From NCBI GenBank assembly GCA_963817955.1, contig CAWFQK010000004.1:224001-288000 (forward strand): a DNA stretch of 64,000 bases, given 5' to 3'. This document shows positions 11,135-21,178 of this stretch, in pieces (positions within the stretch are counted from its first letter, which is position 1; each line of letters begins with the position of its first letter). This DNA is from an uncultured Gemmatimonadaceae bacterium. GTDB lineage: Bacteria > Gemmatimonadota > Gemmatimonadetes > Gemmatimonadales > Gemmatimonadaceae. Below the pieces are notes generated by a model. That model was not told where the DNA came from. It did no database searches and saw nothing but the letters and a program-made list of their open reading frames with translations. Both the position numbers and the translations under genes were made by a program.

Positions 11135-12424
11135 ATGACCGCTTCGCACGCCGGGTACAAGGACGCACTCGACTATCTGTTCGCGCGAACGACCGGCGGG
11201 TTCAAGTTTGGCCTCGAACGGACCTACGCGCTGCTGGAGCGTCTCGGAAACCCACAATCGCGATATCCATCGATCCACGTCGCTGGAACGAATGGAAAGG
11301 GCAGCAGCGTCGCCACGATGGCGGCACTGCTCGCCGCTCGCGGGCACCGCGTGGCAACGTATACGTCGCCGCACCTCGTGGACTTCCGCGAGCGGATGCT
11401 CGTCGGAGGGCGTCCCATTCCGTCCGACGACGTGGTCGCCTTCGTCACTCGGCATCTGCCGATCGTCGAATCGATTGGCGCCAGCTTCTTTGAGGCGACC
11501 ACCGCAATGGCCTTCGACTATTTCGCCCGCGCCGGTGCCGAGGTTGCGGTGATCGAGGCGGGACTCGGCGGGCGCCTCGATTCCACGAACGTGCTGACAC
11601 CGCTCGTTGCCGGCGTTACGTCCATCGGACTGGATCACACAGAGTATCTGGGCGCCACGGTGGAAGACATTGCGCGCGAGAAGGCGGGCATCTTCAAGGC
11701 CGGCCGCCCGGCTGTGATCGGCGAGCGGAATCCGCACATCCGCACACTGCTCGCGGAGCAGGCGCGCGCCGCCGGCGCCTCAACGGTTCGTATCGTTGCC
11801 GATGAGGTGACGCTTCACCGCGTTTCGGTCGAAGACGACGGCACGACGTGCGACCTGGAGTGGCGCGGTCAACGTGCCACGCTGCGTACGCCGCTGGCCG
11901 GCGAACACCAGGCACTGAATCTGGCGTTTTCGCTCGTCACGCTCGACGCCGCCGGCCCAGCATATGGCGTGGCGCTGTCCGATGCCGCGTCACATCTCGA
12001 TGACGTGTATATGCCGGGCCGCTTTGAGCATATCGGCCAGTTCATCTTCGACGTGGCGCACAATCCGGCCGGCTCCAATGTCCTCGCCCAGACCATTGGG
12101 GCCGTGGCGCCGCCCCAGCCGGTCGCGGTCGTCTTGTGTGTGCTTCGAGACAAGGATTGGCGCGACATGATTCGTGTCCTCAGCAACGTGAGCTCGCACT
12201 TCGTTCTCACGAACGCACCGACCGCGCCCACGAGTCGGGCTTGGGATATCGACGAAGTCGCCGCGTTTGTGCGGGAGCTCGGTCTCCGCGCGGACGTGCA
12301 CCCGGACCTCGGTCAGGCGCTCGACACGGCGCGGGCCGCAGCCCCCACGGTGCTCGTCACGGGATCCTTCCACACCGTGGGTGACGCGATGACGCTGCTC
12401 CGCCTGTCGCCCTTGGGCGCGTAG
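11135..12424 (+). CDS. folC: Folylpolyglutamate synthase/dihydrofolate synthase
   Basis: HVAGTNGKGS, YTSPHL, GLGGRLDSTN and DVAHN motifs. Follows accD. Confidence 0.96.
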   Translation: MTASHAGYKDALDYLFARTTGGFKFGLERTYALLERLGNPQSRYPSIHVAGTNGKGSSVATMAALLAARGHRVATYTSPHLVDFRERMLVGGRPIPSDDVVAFVTRHLPIVESIGASFFEATTAMAFDYFARAGAEVAVIEAGLGGRLDSTNVLTPLVAGVTSIGLDHTEYLGATVEDIAREKAGIFKAGRPAVIGERNPHIRTLLAEQARAAGASTVRIVADEVTLHRVSVEDDGTTCDLEWRGQRATLRTPLAGEHQALNLAFSLVTLDAAGPAYGVALSDAASHLDDVYMPGRFEHIGQFIFDVAHNPAGSNVLAQTIGAVAPPQPVAVVLCVLRDKDWRDMIRVLSNVSSHFVLTNAPTAPTSRAWDIDEVAAFVRELGLRADVHPDLGQALDTARAAAPTVLVTGSFHTVGDAMTLLRLSPLGA

Positions 12425-12503
12425 GCTGCTCCGACGCCGCAAGCTGCGGGCATACGGAGCGCGCGGGGTTCACGGAAATCCCTGAGGCGCCTAGTTTTAC
12501 GGG

Positions 12504-13781
12504 ATGGCCCAAGGCGCCCTCCCCGGATTCCGGGACTTCTACCCAGAGCAGTTCGCCGAGCGCGCCCACATCATGGATGTGTGGCGCCGCGTGGCGCGTG
12601 GCTTCGCATTTGTGGAGTATGACGGCCCCCCGCTCGAACCCCTCGAACTCTATACCAAGAAGAGCGGGGAGGAGATCGTCGGACAACTGTACAACTTCAA
12701 GGACAAGGGCGACCGCGAAGTCTCGCTGCGTCCCGAGATGACGCCAACCCTCGCGCGCATGGCCGCGGCGAGGGCCAACGCGCTCCGCAAACCGATTCGC
12801 TGGTTCTCAATTCCGCAGCTCTTTCGGTATGAGCGGCAGCAACGCGGCCGACTGCGCGAACACTTCCAGCTCAACGTCGATATCATCGGCGAAGCGGATG
12901 TCACGGCGGATGCCGAACTGCTCGCCGCGGCGATCGAGATCATGCGGGGATGCGGGCTGTCGTCCGACGACGTGCGGGCACGCGTCTCTGATCGGCGCCT
13001 GCTGCGCGCGCTCTTGACGGCGCTCGGCGTGAGCGACGAGCAGGCGCCGGCCGTATTCAGCGTCGTCGACAAGCTCGAACGCCAGCCTCGCGATATCTCA
13101 CGCCAGAAGCTGGCCGCGGCAGGCATGTCAGACGCAGCGATCGAGTCGCTGTTCTCGCTGATGGGCGACGTCACACTCGAGGAGATCGAACGACGGTTCG
13201 GTGAATCGGCAGCGGTCGCGGCCCTCGTCACGGAATTCCGCCGCTATTTTGCCTACCTCGACGGGCTGAATGTGCTCGACTGGGTGACGATCGACCTCAA
13301 GATCGTTCGCGGCTTGGCGTATTACACGGGCATTGTCTTTGAGTTGTTCGACGCCAAGGGCGAGTTGCGCGCCATCTGCGGCGGCGGCCGATACGACAGC
13401 CTGCTGCAGTCGCTCGGCGGCGTCGATCTCCCGGCGCTCGGTTTCGGCATGGGCGACGTCGTGCTCGGCGAACTGCTGCGCGATCGTGGCTTGCTGCCGA
13501 CGAAAACCGAAGGGCCCCAGGTGTGGATCATCGGCGAGACCCCCGCGATGGCGCATGCGGTGCGTCGCGCGGCGACGGCGCTGAGACATCACGAGATCAG
13601 CGTAGAGTACGCGCTACGCGATCAGCAGGTTATGAAGCAGGTGAAGGCAGCGAAGTCGGCAGGCGCTGAATTCATCCTGACGCTCCACGATCCGGACAAT
13701 CAGGCAGAGCACGGGCGCCACTCGTGGCATCCCGAGCCGCCGCCGGCCTGGAATGACATTATCGAGACGATCGACCGGTAG
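12504..13781 (+). CDS. hisS: Histidine--tRNA ligase
   Basis: LRPEMT, FRYERQQRGRLREHFQ, RGLAYYTG and GGGRYD motifs. Confidence 0.97.
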   Translation: MAQGALPGFRDFYPEQFAERAHIMDVWRRVARGFAFVEYDGPPLEPLELYTKKSGEEIVGQLYNFKDKGDREVSLRPEMTPTLARMAAARANALRKPIRWFSIPQLFRYERQQRGRLREHFQLNVDIIGEADVTADAELLAAAIEIMRGCGLSSDDVRARVSDRRLLRALLTALGVSDEQAPAVFSVVDKLERQPRDISRQKLAAAGMSDAAIESLFSLMGDVTLEEIERRFGESAAVAALVTEFRRYFAYLDGLNVLDWVTIDLKIVRGLAYYTGIVFELFDAKGELRAICGGGRYDSLLQSLGGVDLPALGFGMGDVVLGELLRDRGLLPTKTEGPQVWIIGETPAMAHAVRRAATALRHHEISVEYALRDQQVMKQVKAAKSAGAEFILTLHDPDNQAEHGRHSWHPEPPPAWNDIIETIDR

Positions 13782-13805
13782 TCCTCTCATTGCACGAATA
13801 CATCA

Positions 13806-15278
13806 ATGGCTGACGACAAGAAGCTCACGACGCGCGACGCAGATTTCAGCGCCTGGTACAACGAAGCGGTGCTGCGGGCCGAGCTCGCGGACTACTCCCC
13901 CGTGCGCGGCTGCATGGTCATTCGTCCCAATGGCTACGGCATCTGGGAGCGGATGCAGCGCGCCCTCGACGATATGTTCAAGGCGACCGGGCACCAGAAC
14001 GCGTATTTCCCGCTGTTCATTCCCGAGAGCTTCCTCCACAAGGAGGCGGAGCACGTCGAAGGCTTTGCACCGGAGACCGCGGTCGTGACGCACGGTGGCG
14101 GCAAGAAGCTCGACGAGCCGCTGATCGTCCGACCCACGTCGGAGACGATCATCTATGCGATGTTCGCCAAATGGGTGCAGAGTTACCGGGACCTGCCGCT
14201 GCTCATCAACCAGTGGGCCAACGTCGTTCGGTGGGAAATGCGCACGCGCCTGTTCCTCCGTACACTGGAGTTCCTGTGGCAAGAAGGTCACACGGCGCAC
14301 GCCACCCATGACGAGGCAGAGGAGGAAGCACGCCGAATGCTCGGCGTGTATTCGGATTTCATGGAAGGCTGGATGGCGATGCCGGTCATTACCGGACAGA
14401 AGACTGAATCCGAGAAATTTGCCGGGGCGCTGCGCACCTATGCGTGCGAGGCGATGATGCAGGATAACAAGGCGCTGCAGGCCGGCACGTCGCACAACCT
14501 GGGTCAGAACTTCGCCAAGGCCTTTGATTTGAAGTTCCAGGCGGAGCATGGCGGACAGGAGTTTGCCTGGAACACGAGTTGGGGCGTGTCGACGCGCCTG
14601 GTCGGTGGGCTGGTGATGACGCATGGCGACGATAATGGGCTGCGTACTCCGCCGTTGCTCGCGCCGATCGAACTCGTCATCGTGCCGATCTACAAGACCG
14701 ACGAAGAGCGCAGCCGAGTGCTCGAGGCAGCCGATCGCGTGATGCAGCGGATGCAGGATTGGGAACGGCGCGATCCTGGCCGTTTGCGCGTGCACGTGGA
14801 TGCGCGCGAAGGCATCAAGCCCGGCGCGAAATACTACGAGTGGGAGCTTCGCGGTATACCGCTGCGCATGGAGCTCGGGCCGCGTGACCTGGACAAGAAC
14901 CAGGCCGTGCTCGTCCGCCGTGATACGCGCGAAAAGCGGCCGGTGTCACTGGATACCGTGGGCGAGGATGTCAATGAACTGCTCATCCGCATTCAGGACG
15001 ACATGCTCATCGCGGCGCGCGAGCGCCGCGAACAGAACAGCGTTCGACACAAGATCAGCTATGATGATTTCCAGGCATTGATGCGTGGCAAGGGCGGGTT
15101 CGTGTATGCCGGCTGGTGCGGTAGCGCCGAATGCGAGCAGCAGGTGAAGGAGGACACGAAGGCGACGATTCGTGTTTTGCCGGACGAGGAATTCCGCTCG
15201 GCCGAGGCGCCGGCGACATGCCTCAAGTGCGGCAGCAGCAAGTCGGTCGTCGAGGCGCTATGGGCCAAGGCGTACTGA
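13806..15278 (+). CDS. proS: Proline--tRNA ligase (archaeal/eukaryote-like type)
   Basis: [32 protein letters not shown] motifs. Cys-containing C-terminal domain ending in AY. Confidence 0.96.
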   Translation: MADDKKLTTRDADFSAWYNEAVLRAELADYSPVRGCMVIRPNGYGIWERMQRALDDMFKATGHQNAYFPLFIPESFLHKEAEHVEGFAPETAVVTHGGGKKLDEPLIVRPTSETIIYAMFAKWVQSYRDLPLLINQWANVVRWEMRTRLFLRTLEFLWQEGHTAHATHDEAEEEARRMLGVYSDFMEGWMAMPVITGQKTESEKFAGALRTYACEAMMQDNKALQAGTSHNLGQNFAKAFDLKFQAEHGGQEFAWNTSWGVSTRLVGGLVMTHGDDNGLRTPPLLAPIELVIVPIYKTDEERSRVLEAADRVMQRMQDWERRDPGRLRVHVDAREGIKPGAKYYEWELRGIPLRMELGPRDLDKNQAVLVRRDTREKRPVSLDTVGEDVNELLIRIQDDMLIAARERREQNSVRHKISYDDFQALMRGKGGFVYAGWCGSAECEQQVKEDTKATIRVLPDEEFRSAEAPATCLKCGSSKSVVEALWAKAY

Positions 15279-16561
15279 CGACCGGCTTCACCCGCGTCGA
15301 TGGGACGCTGCAGTGCGAAGGTGTTTCACTCGAGCGCATCGCGCGCGAGGTCGGAACACCGGTGTACGTGTACAGTGCATCCACGATTCGCGATCGGTAT
15401 CAGCGACTCGAATCGATACTGGCGCCGGTGCCGCATCGCATTCACTACACGCTCAAGGCGAACTCGAGCCGTGGTGTGCTCGATGTGCTCCGCGCGCTCG
15501 GTGCCGCGGTGGACGTCGTGTCGGGCGGCGAACTGCACCGCGCGCTCCGGGCCGGCTTTGCGCCATCGGATATCATCTTCGGCGGAGTCGGCAAGACGGA
15601 GCGAGAGCTTGCCGAGGCGCTCGATGCGAACATTCTCATGATCAATGCCGAGAGCGCTGGCGAGGTGCGCCTGCTCGATCGGCTTGCGGGCGAGCGCGGG
15701 ATCACGGCGCGCGTGGCGCTGCGCGTCAATCCGGAAGTCACGGTCGATGCGCCGCACGAGTACATCAAGACGGGCGGCAAAGGACACAAGTTCGGCATAC
15801 CGCATGACGACGTCGTGCACGTCGCCACGATCGCCAACGAATTAGCGCACATTGAGCTGGTGGGCCTTGACATGCACCTTGGCTCACAGCTCTCGCGCAT
15901 CGATCCGTATCGTGAGGGTGCGGAACGATTGGCGTCACTCTTCGCGGAGCTACAACAGCGCGGCCTCGGCTCGCTCCGGTATTTCGATATCGGCGGGGGT
16001 TTGGGTGTGCGCTACGACACGGAACAGCCGCCGGATTTACGGCGTTTCGCTGAACTGGTGCTGCCGACAGTCGCCGACACGGGTCTCCAGCTCATCATGG
16101 AGCCGGGACGATTCATCGTCGGGAACGCGGCGGTGCTCATCTCGACGGTGCTCTATCGCAAGCGAAGCGGCGGCAAAGATTACGTCGTCGTGGACGCCGG
16201 GATGACCGAGTTGTTGCGACCATCGCACTATGGCGCCTACCACCGCGTCATGGCGATGCAACAGAGATCGGAGCGCACGACAGTGGACGTCGTGGGCCCG
16301 GTGTGCGAGAGCGGTGACTTTCTCGCCCTTGACCGCGAGCTGGATGACGTCGCCCCGGGCGACTTCCTGGTCATCGCCGACGTCGGTGCGTACGGGTATG
16401 CGATGGCGTCGAATTACAACAGCCGGCTGCGCCCGGCCGAAGTCATGGTGGACGGAGATCGATACGCAGTCATCACCGCGCGAGAGCAGTATGACGATCT
16501 GCTGCGACTCGAGATTACCCAGCCAGAATGGAGGAGGGGAAGCAGATGCGCGTTGGATTGA
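15260..16561 (+). CDS. lysA: Diaminopimelate decarboxylase
   Basis: YTLKAN PLP lysine, [17 protein letters not shown] and [12 protein letters not shown] motifs. Start is approximate. Confidence 0.95.
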   Translation: MGQGVLTTGFTRVDGTLQCEGVSLERIAREVGTPVYVYSASTIRDRYQRLESILAPVPHRIHYTLKANSSRGVLDVLRALGAAVDVVSGGELHRALRAGFAPSDIIFGGVGKTERELAEALDANILMINAESAGEVRLLDRLAGERGITARVALRVNPEVTVDAPHEYIKTGGKGHKFGIPHDDVVHVATIANELAHIELVGLDMHLGSQLSRIDPYREGAERLASLFAELQQRGLGSLRYFDIGGGLGVRYDTEQPPDLRRFAELVLPTVADTGLQLIMEPGRFIVGNAAVLISTVLYRKRSGGKDYVVVDAGMTELLRPSHYGAYHRVMAMQQRSERTTVDVVGPVCESGDFLALDRELDDVAPGDFLVIADVGAYGYAMASNYNSRLRPAEVMVDGDRYAVITAREQYDDLLRLEITQPEWRRGSRCALD

Positions 16562-17055
16562 TCGCCGATACCCACGATCGCCTGCCCGCCATCGCCGAGC
16601 TCGTACGCCAGATGCAGGCGTCGGGGATCGGGATGGTCTTGCACGCCGGTGACTACTGTTCGCCCTTTGCGCTCAAAGCGTTCGAGGAAGCGCACATGTC
16701 GGTGGCCGGTGTCTTCGGCAAGAACGACGGGGACCGGCAGGGACTGGTGTCGCGTGCACAGACGGCGTTCGGCGCCGAGCTGTTCGAGGCGCCGCACAGC
16801 TTTGAGATGGCGGGACATCGCATCTTGCTCGTCCATGACATCGGCGACGTGAACAAGCGCTCGATTGCATCGCACGAGATTGTCATCCACGGCCACACGC
16901 ACCAGCAGGAAATGAAGACGCGCGGCGACACGCTCATCGTCAACCCGGGCGAAGGCTGCGGATGGCTGTACGGCACGCCGTCGGCGGCGATTCTCGATCT
17001 CGATTCGCGCGACGTGGAATTCCTCACCCTCGCCGGACCGGAGTGGAAATACTAG
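16546..17055 (+). CDS. YfcE/MJ0936-like metallophosphoesterase
   Basis: DTHD, HAGD, GKND, GHTH and NPG motifs. Confidence 0.88.
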   Translation: MRVGLIADTHDRLPAIAELVRQMQASGIGMVLHAGDYCSPFALKAFEEAHMSVAGVFGKNDGDRQGLVSRAQTAFGAELFEAPHSFEMAGHRILLVHDIGDVNKRSIASHEIVIHGHTHQQEMKTRGDTLIVNPGEGCGWLYGTPSAAILDLDSRDVEFLTLAGPEWKY

Positions 17056-17056
17056 C

Positions 17057-18601
17057 GTGACCTCCCGCATCCTCATCATCGACTACGGTTCGCAATTCAC
17101 GCAGCTGATCGCGCGGCGTGTCCGCGAGGCGCGGGTCTATTCGGAGATTCACCCGCCAACGCGCAGCCTGGAATGGATTCGAGACTGGAAGCCGACGGGG
17201 ATCATTCTCAGCGGCGGACCGAATTCTGTGTACGACGAAGGTGCACCGGGCGCTGATCCTGGCCTGCTCGACGTGGCGCCTATCCTGGCGATCTGCTATG
17301 GGATGCAGCTGGTCGCCCATCTGTCGCACGGCGAGGTGATCGGCGCGGGACGACGCGAGTACGGCCGCGCCGACGTGCAGGTGGAGGAGGCGACTGGGTT
17401 ATTCGACGGATTTGCACCGCATGAGTCGATGACCGCGTGGATGAGTCACGGGGACCATGTGGACGTGCCGCCGGCGGGATACGTCGTCACGGCATCGAGC
17501 GGCAGCGTGCCGATCGTCGCGATGCGCCATCGCGACAAGCCAATCCATTGCGTGCAGTTCCACCCCGAAGTGGCACACACGCCGCGCGGCAGCGAGTTGA
17601 TTGCTAACTTCTTATTCAATATTTGTTGCGCCGAGCCAAGCTGGACACCGGGTGCGTTCGTTGAGAGTGAGGTGCAGAAGATCCGCGAGCTCGTCGGCAC
17701 GTCGCGTGTGATCTGTGGTCTGTCAGGGGGCGTGGACTCGTCGGTGGCCGCGGCCCTGGTGCACCGGGCGATTGGCGACCAACTCACGTGCGTGTTCGTC
17801 GATACGGGCTTGCTCCGCCTGCACGAACGCGAGCAGGTTGAGCGCACATTCAAGGCGAACCTCGGCATCGAGCTCGTGACCGTGGACGCATCCAAGCGGT
17901 TCCTCGATGCGCTCGCCGGGATCGAGGAGCCCGAAGCCAAGCGCAAGATCATCGGCCACACGTTCATCGACGTCTTCGAGGCTGCTACGAGCGGCGCGGG
18001 GAAGGGGGCGGAGTTCCTGGTGCAAGGCACCCTGTATCCCGATGTGATCGAGTCGTTCTCGCCGCGAGGCGGACCATCGGTGACGATCAAGACGCACCAC
18101 AACGTGGGCGGCCTCAAACCGGACATGAAGTTCAAGCTGATCGAGCCGCTCCGCGAGCTCTTCAAGGACGAAGTGCGCAACGTGGGCCGCGAGCTTGGAT
18201 TGCCAGAGGACATGGTCGGCCGACATCCGTTCCCTGGCCCCGGACTCGGCATCCGCGTCCTCGGCGCCGTGAACGACTCGGCGCTCGACGTGCTGCGTCG
18301 GGCAGACGCCATCTACCTCGACGAAATCCGGAACGCCGGCTTGTACGACGAGATCTGGCAGGCCTTCGCCGTGCTGCTGCCGGTGCGAAGCGTCGGCGTC
18401 ATGGGCGACTATCGAACGTACGAGAACGTCGTCGCGCTCCGCGCGGTGACGAGCACGGATGGCATGACGGCCGACTGGTACCCATTCCCACACGACGTAC
18501 TGGGTCGCATCTCCAACCGCATCATCAATGAAGTCCGCGGCGTGAATCGCGTCGTGTACGACGTCAGCTCCAAGCCGCCGGCGACGATCGAGTGGGAATG
18601 A
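17057..18601 (+). CDS. guaA: GMP synthase (glutamine-hydrolysing)
   Basis: [27 protein letters not shown] motifs and C-terminal KPPATIEWE. Confidence 0.98.
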   Translation: MTSRILIIDYGSQFTQLIARRVREARVYSEIHPPTRSLEWIRDWKPTGIILSGGPNSVYDEGAPGADPGLLDVAPILAICYGMQLVAHLSHGEVIGAGRREYGRADVQVEEATGLFDGFAPHESMTAWMSHGDHVDVPPAGYVVTASSGSVPIVAMRHRDKPIHCVQFHPEVAHTPRGSELIANFLFNICCAEPSWTPGAFVESEVQKIRELVGTSRVICGLSGGVDSSVAAALVHRAIGDQLTCVFVDTGLLRLHEREQVERTFKANLGIELVTVDASKRFLDALAGIEEPEAKRKIIGHTFIDVFEAATSGAGKGAEFLVQGTLYPDVIESFSPRGGPSVTIKTHHNVGGLKPDMKFKLIEPLRELFKDEVRNVGRELGLPEDMVGRHPFPGPGLGIRVLGAVNDSALDVLRRADAIYLDEIRNAGLYDEIWQAFAVLLPVRSVGVMGDYRTYENVVALRAVTSTDGMTADWYPFPHDVLGRISNRIINEVRGVNRVVYDVSSKPPATIEWE

Positions 18602-18653
18602 TCCGCCGGTCGACACCCGGAGTCCAATCCGATCTCCCAGGTCCTTCGCTGAT

Positions 18654-18684
18654 CAGTTGTCAGTGGTGAGTTGTCAGTTGTCAG
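18654..18684 (+). repeat. Heptamer microrepeat (C/G)AGT(T/G)GT, about 4.4 copies
   Basis: CAGTTGT CAGTGGT GAGTTGT CAGTTGT CAG at the left end of the IS. Confidence 0.8.
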
Positions 18685-20079
18685 GGTACAAACCGGTCTG
18701 ATAGGTGAGCCACAAACCGGGCTGATAGGTGAGCTTGGTGAGACAGCCTTACGTTCGGACATCTTCTGGGAGGTGTCCGTGCCTTGGCAAGAGAGTTCAC
18801 CGATGTCGGAACGATTGGCGTTTGTGCAACAGTGCATTCGGCGGAGAGAATCGCTCCGCGCCGTCTGTGCCGAGTTTGGCATTAGCGAGAAGACCGGCCA
18901 TAAGTGGCTGAACCGCTTTGCGACCGACGGGCCGGCGGGCCTCGCGGATCGCTCGCATGCCCGACACGGGCAGGCCCACCAAATGTCGCCCGCCATGGCC
19001 GCCCGCATCATCGCGTTGCGGAAGCGCCACCCGCTGTACGGGCCAGAGAAGCTGCGGGATTGGCTGCAGCTGCACGAACCGGCGGGAGGACGGTGGCCCG
19101 CCGCCAGCACGATCGGGGCGCTGCTCAAACGGGCCGGCCTGGTCGACTCAAGACGCCGGCGCGGCCGGACGCATGCCCGCCTGGCGAGTGGGCGCACCGC
19201 CGCGACCGCCCCGAACGTGGTCTGGACGGCGGATTTCAAAGGGGAATTCGCGCTCTCAGGCGGCGGGCCCGAATGCTACCCCCTGACCGTGTTGGATCTG
19301 CACAGCCATTTTCTCCTCGGCTGCACCGCCCTGCGCAGTACCGCGGTCCCCACGGCCCGCCAGTGCTTCCAGCGCTTGTTCCGCGAGTACGGGCTCCCCG
19401 AGGTCCTCCGCACGGACAACGGCGTGCCATTCGCCCAGCCCAACGCGATCGGCCGCCTCGGCTCCCTGGCGTTCTGGTGGGTGCGGTTGGGCATCCGGCC
19501 CGAGCACACGCCGCCGGGCCAGCCTGCCGCCAACGGCGCGCACGAGCGGTTTCACAGAACCCTCAAGGCCCACACGCTGGACCCGCCCGCGCCCTCGTTC
19601 GTGGCGCAGCAGCGCCGGTTCGATCGCTTTCGCAGCGAATACAACGACGAGCGGCCCCACGCCAGCGTCGCCGGACACCGTCCCCCGGGCGCGGACTATC
19701 ACGGCTCGCCGCGGGCCTATCCGCGCCGCCTGCCCCCGATGTGCTATCCGGAGGGGACCGTGGTGCGCCGCGTCAGCAGCGCCGGCGCGATCAAGGTGCG
19801 CGAGGTCAGCTACTCGCTCTCGCACAACCTGGCCGGCGAAGACGTGCGCCTGACGGACACGCACGATGATCGCCTCATTGTGGCCTACGGACCGCTCGAG
19901 CTGGGAGAGATTCTGCTCGCCACCAATCGGTTTCTCCCGAACGTCCGTTGGACGTTCCCTTTGACTCCCGCCCCGTGAGGGGATTGCTTCTGGTCTCCAG
20001 AGACCACCCTGCTGCCATGCGAGGCTTACCTATCAGCCCGGATAATTGCTCACCTATCAGCCCGTTACTTCACGGGTCA
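18679..20079 (+). mobile_element. IS481-family insertion sequence (ends approximate, within about 6 bp)
   Basis: Transposase flanked by two copies of CGG(T/G)CTGATAGGTGAGC on the left (within 18688-18734, period 24) and two inverted copies on the right (20024-20064, period 24). Symmetric alignment gives TG...CA ends at 18679 and 20079. No clear target-site duplication. Confidence 0.85.
18779..19978 (+). CDS. IS481-family DDE transposase
   Basis: MPWQE...ER start after GGAGG, N-terminal HTH (FGISEKTGHKW), rve core WTADFKG / RTDNG / NGAHERFHRTLK. Confidence 0.93.
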   Translation: MPWQESSPMSERLAFVQQCIRRRESLRAVCAEFGISEKTGHKWLNRFATDGPAGLADRSHARHGQAHQMSPAMAARIIALRKRHPLYGPEKLRDWLQLHEPAGGRWPAASTIGALLKRAGLVDSRRRRGRTHARLASGRTAATAPNVVWTADFKGEFALSGGGPECYPLTVLDLHSHFLLGCTALRSTAVPTARQCFQRLFREYGLPEVLRTDNGVPFAQPNAIGRLGSLAFWWVRLGIRPEHTPPGQPAANGAHERFHRTLKAHTLDPPAPSFVAQQRRFDRFRSEYNDERPHASVAGHRPPGADYHGSPRAYPRRLPPMCYPEGTVVRRVSSAGAIKVREVSYSLSHNLAGEDVRLTDTHDDRLIVAYGPLELGEILLATNRFLPNVRWTFPLTPAP

Positions 20080-20138
20080 TGCGCACCAGGGCGCCTGGCT
20101 CGCAGGCCACTATCGCCGGTCGGCGAGGTTCGGGTGTC

Positions 20139-20166
20139 CAGTGGTGAGTCGTGAGTTGTGAGTTTC
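20139..20166 (+). repeat. Heptamer microrepeat, 4 copies
   Basis: CAGTGGT GAGTCGT GAGTTGT GAGTTTC. Same family and orientation as 18654-18684. Confidence 0.75.
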
Positions 20167-20201
20167 TAAGAACGCACCACGCATCACTATGAAGGGTAGG
20201 A

Positions 20202-20235
20202 ACGCGAACGGCCGCCCGAGGGCGGCCGTTCGCGT
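20202..20235 (-). terminator. Strong hairpin just downstream of the orphan gene
   Basis: ACGCGAACGGCCGCCC-GA-GGGCGGCCGTTCGCGT is a perfect 16-bp inverted repeat. U-tract is weak. Confidence 0.65.
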
Positions 20236-20252
20236 CTACTGCGGAGTGTGAC

Positions 20253-21083
20253 CTACCGGTGCGGCGTGTTACACCGCCGGCACCTGCGGTGCCGGCGGGG
20301 GTGATGCTGCAGGCGGCGTTGCGGGCGCCGCCGTACTGCTGTACTGCCTTGCGTACTGCCTTGCGTACTGCCCTGCGTACTGCCCTGCGTTGTGCCCTGC
20401 GTGGTGGCGTCCGCTTGTGCCACGCTCGCGCGAGCGCCGATCTTGACGCCCGGCTTGTGAGCGACGCGCTTCGCTGTGGTCCATGCCGCCTGCAGGCCGG
20501 CATCGGCGCCGATCAACGGCAGCAGCAAACCGTTGAGTACCGTGATGATGGTGCGACCACGCCGCTCCTCAGCCGCCAGGGATGCCGTCGCCCCGCTCCG
20601 GACCACGGTTTGCCCCGATCGCCCATCGATGGCGTCCTGAAGTGCTTGCGCGGACGCCTGCAACCGCGCGATGAAATCCGCCGGGAGCCCGTTGGCCGTG
20701 AACACCGCCGCGTGGCGCGCCGCGGCCTCGCCCATCGCCGCCGCCGCGGCGAGCAGTCGCTCCGTCGAGACGGTCGAGCGCGGCGTAGTGAGCGAGCTAA
20801 AATCGGGAACCGCCGGCAGCCGAAGCTTTGCGATCGCCGCGATGGGATCCATCTGGTGGATCCGCAACGCAAGCCGCAGCGCGCCCAGCTTCGACGTCTC
20901 CCCTCGGCTCGCGCGGCCACCGACCTCCTGAGCGGTGGCGGATGCGCTGAGTTGATCGATGGTGGCGGTCAGCTCCTGCCGAGCGGCAGAACCCATGAGC
21001 GGGGCGAACGCCGTGGGTTGGGCATCGAGAAAGGTGTCGATGCGGCGGAGCGCTTCGAGCATACTGCCTTCGTGGTATTTCAT
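20253..21083 (-). CDS. Orphan Ala/Leu-rich, probably all-alpha-helical protein (about 276 aa) with low-complexity tail; C-terminus may be frameshifted
   Basis: ATG 21083 preceded by GGGAGG. Amphipathic helical pattern, no recognised motif, downstream hairpin. Confidence 0.8.
   Translation of the reverse strand: MKYHEGSMLEALRRIDTFLDAQPTAFAPLMGSAARQELTATIDQLSASATAQEVGGRASRGETSKLGALRLALRIHQMDPIAAIAKLRLPAVPDFSSLTTPRSTVSTERLLAAAAAMGEAAARHAAVFTANGLPADFIARLQASAQALQDAIDGRSGQTVVRSGATASLAAEERRGRTIITVLNGLLLPLIGADAGLQAAWTTAKRVAHKPGVKIGARASVAQADATTQGTTQGSTQGSTQGSTQGSTAVRRRPQRRLQHHPRRHRRCRRCNTPHR
20333..20400 (-). repeat. 12-nt tandem repeat (TQGS) x5 plus one truncated 8-nt unit
   Basis: + strand: GTACTGCT, GTACTGCCTTGC x2, GTACTGCCCTGC x2, GTTGTGCCCTGC. 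Confidence 0.9.
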
Positions 21084-21178
21084 GTGGCCTCCCGGCCGAT
21101 GGGGCGCCGAAATGGACCTGCACCCCGACGGGCGCCCGATGCGCCGGGGTCGAATAACGGGAACAACCGCCTCGAGCG

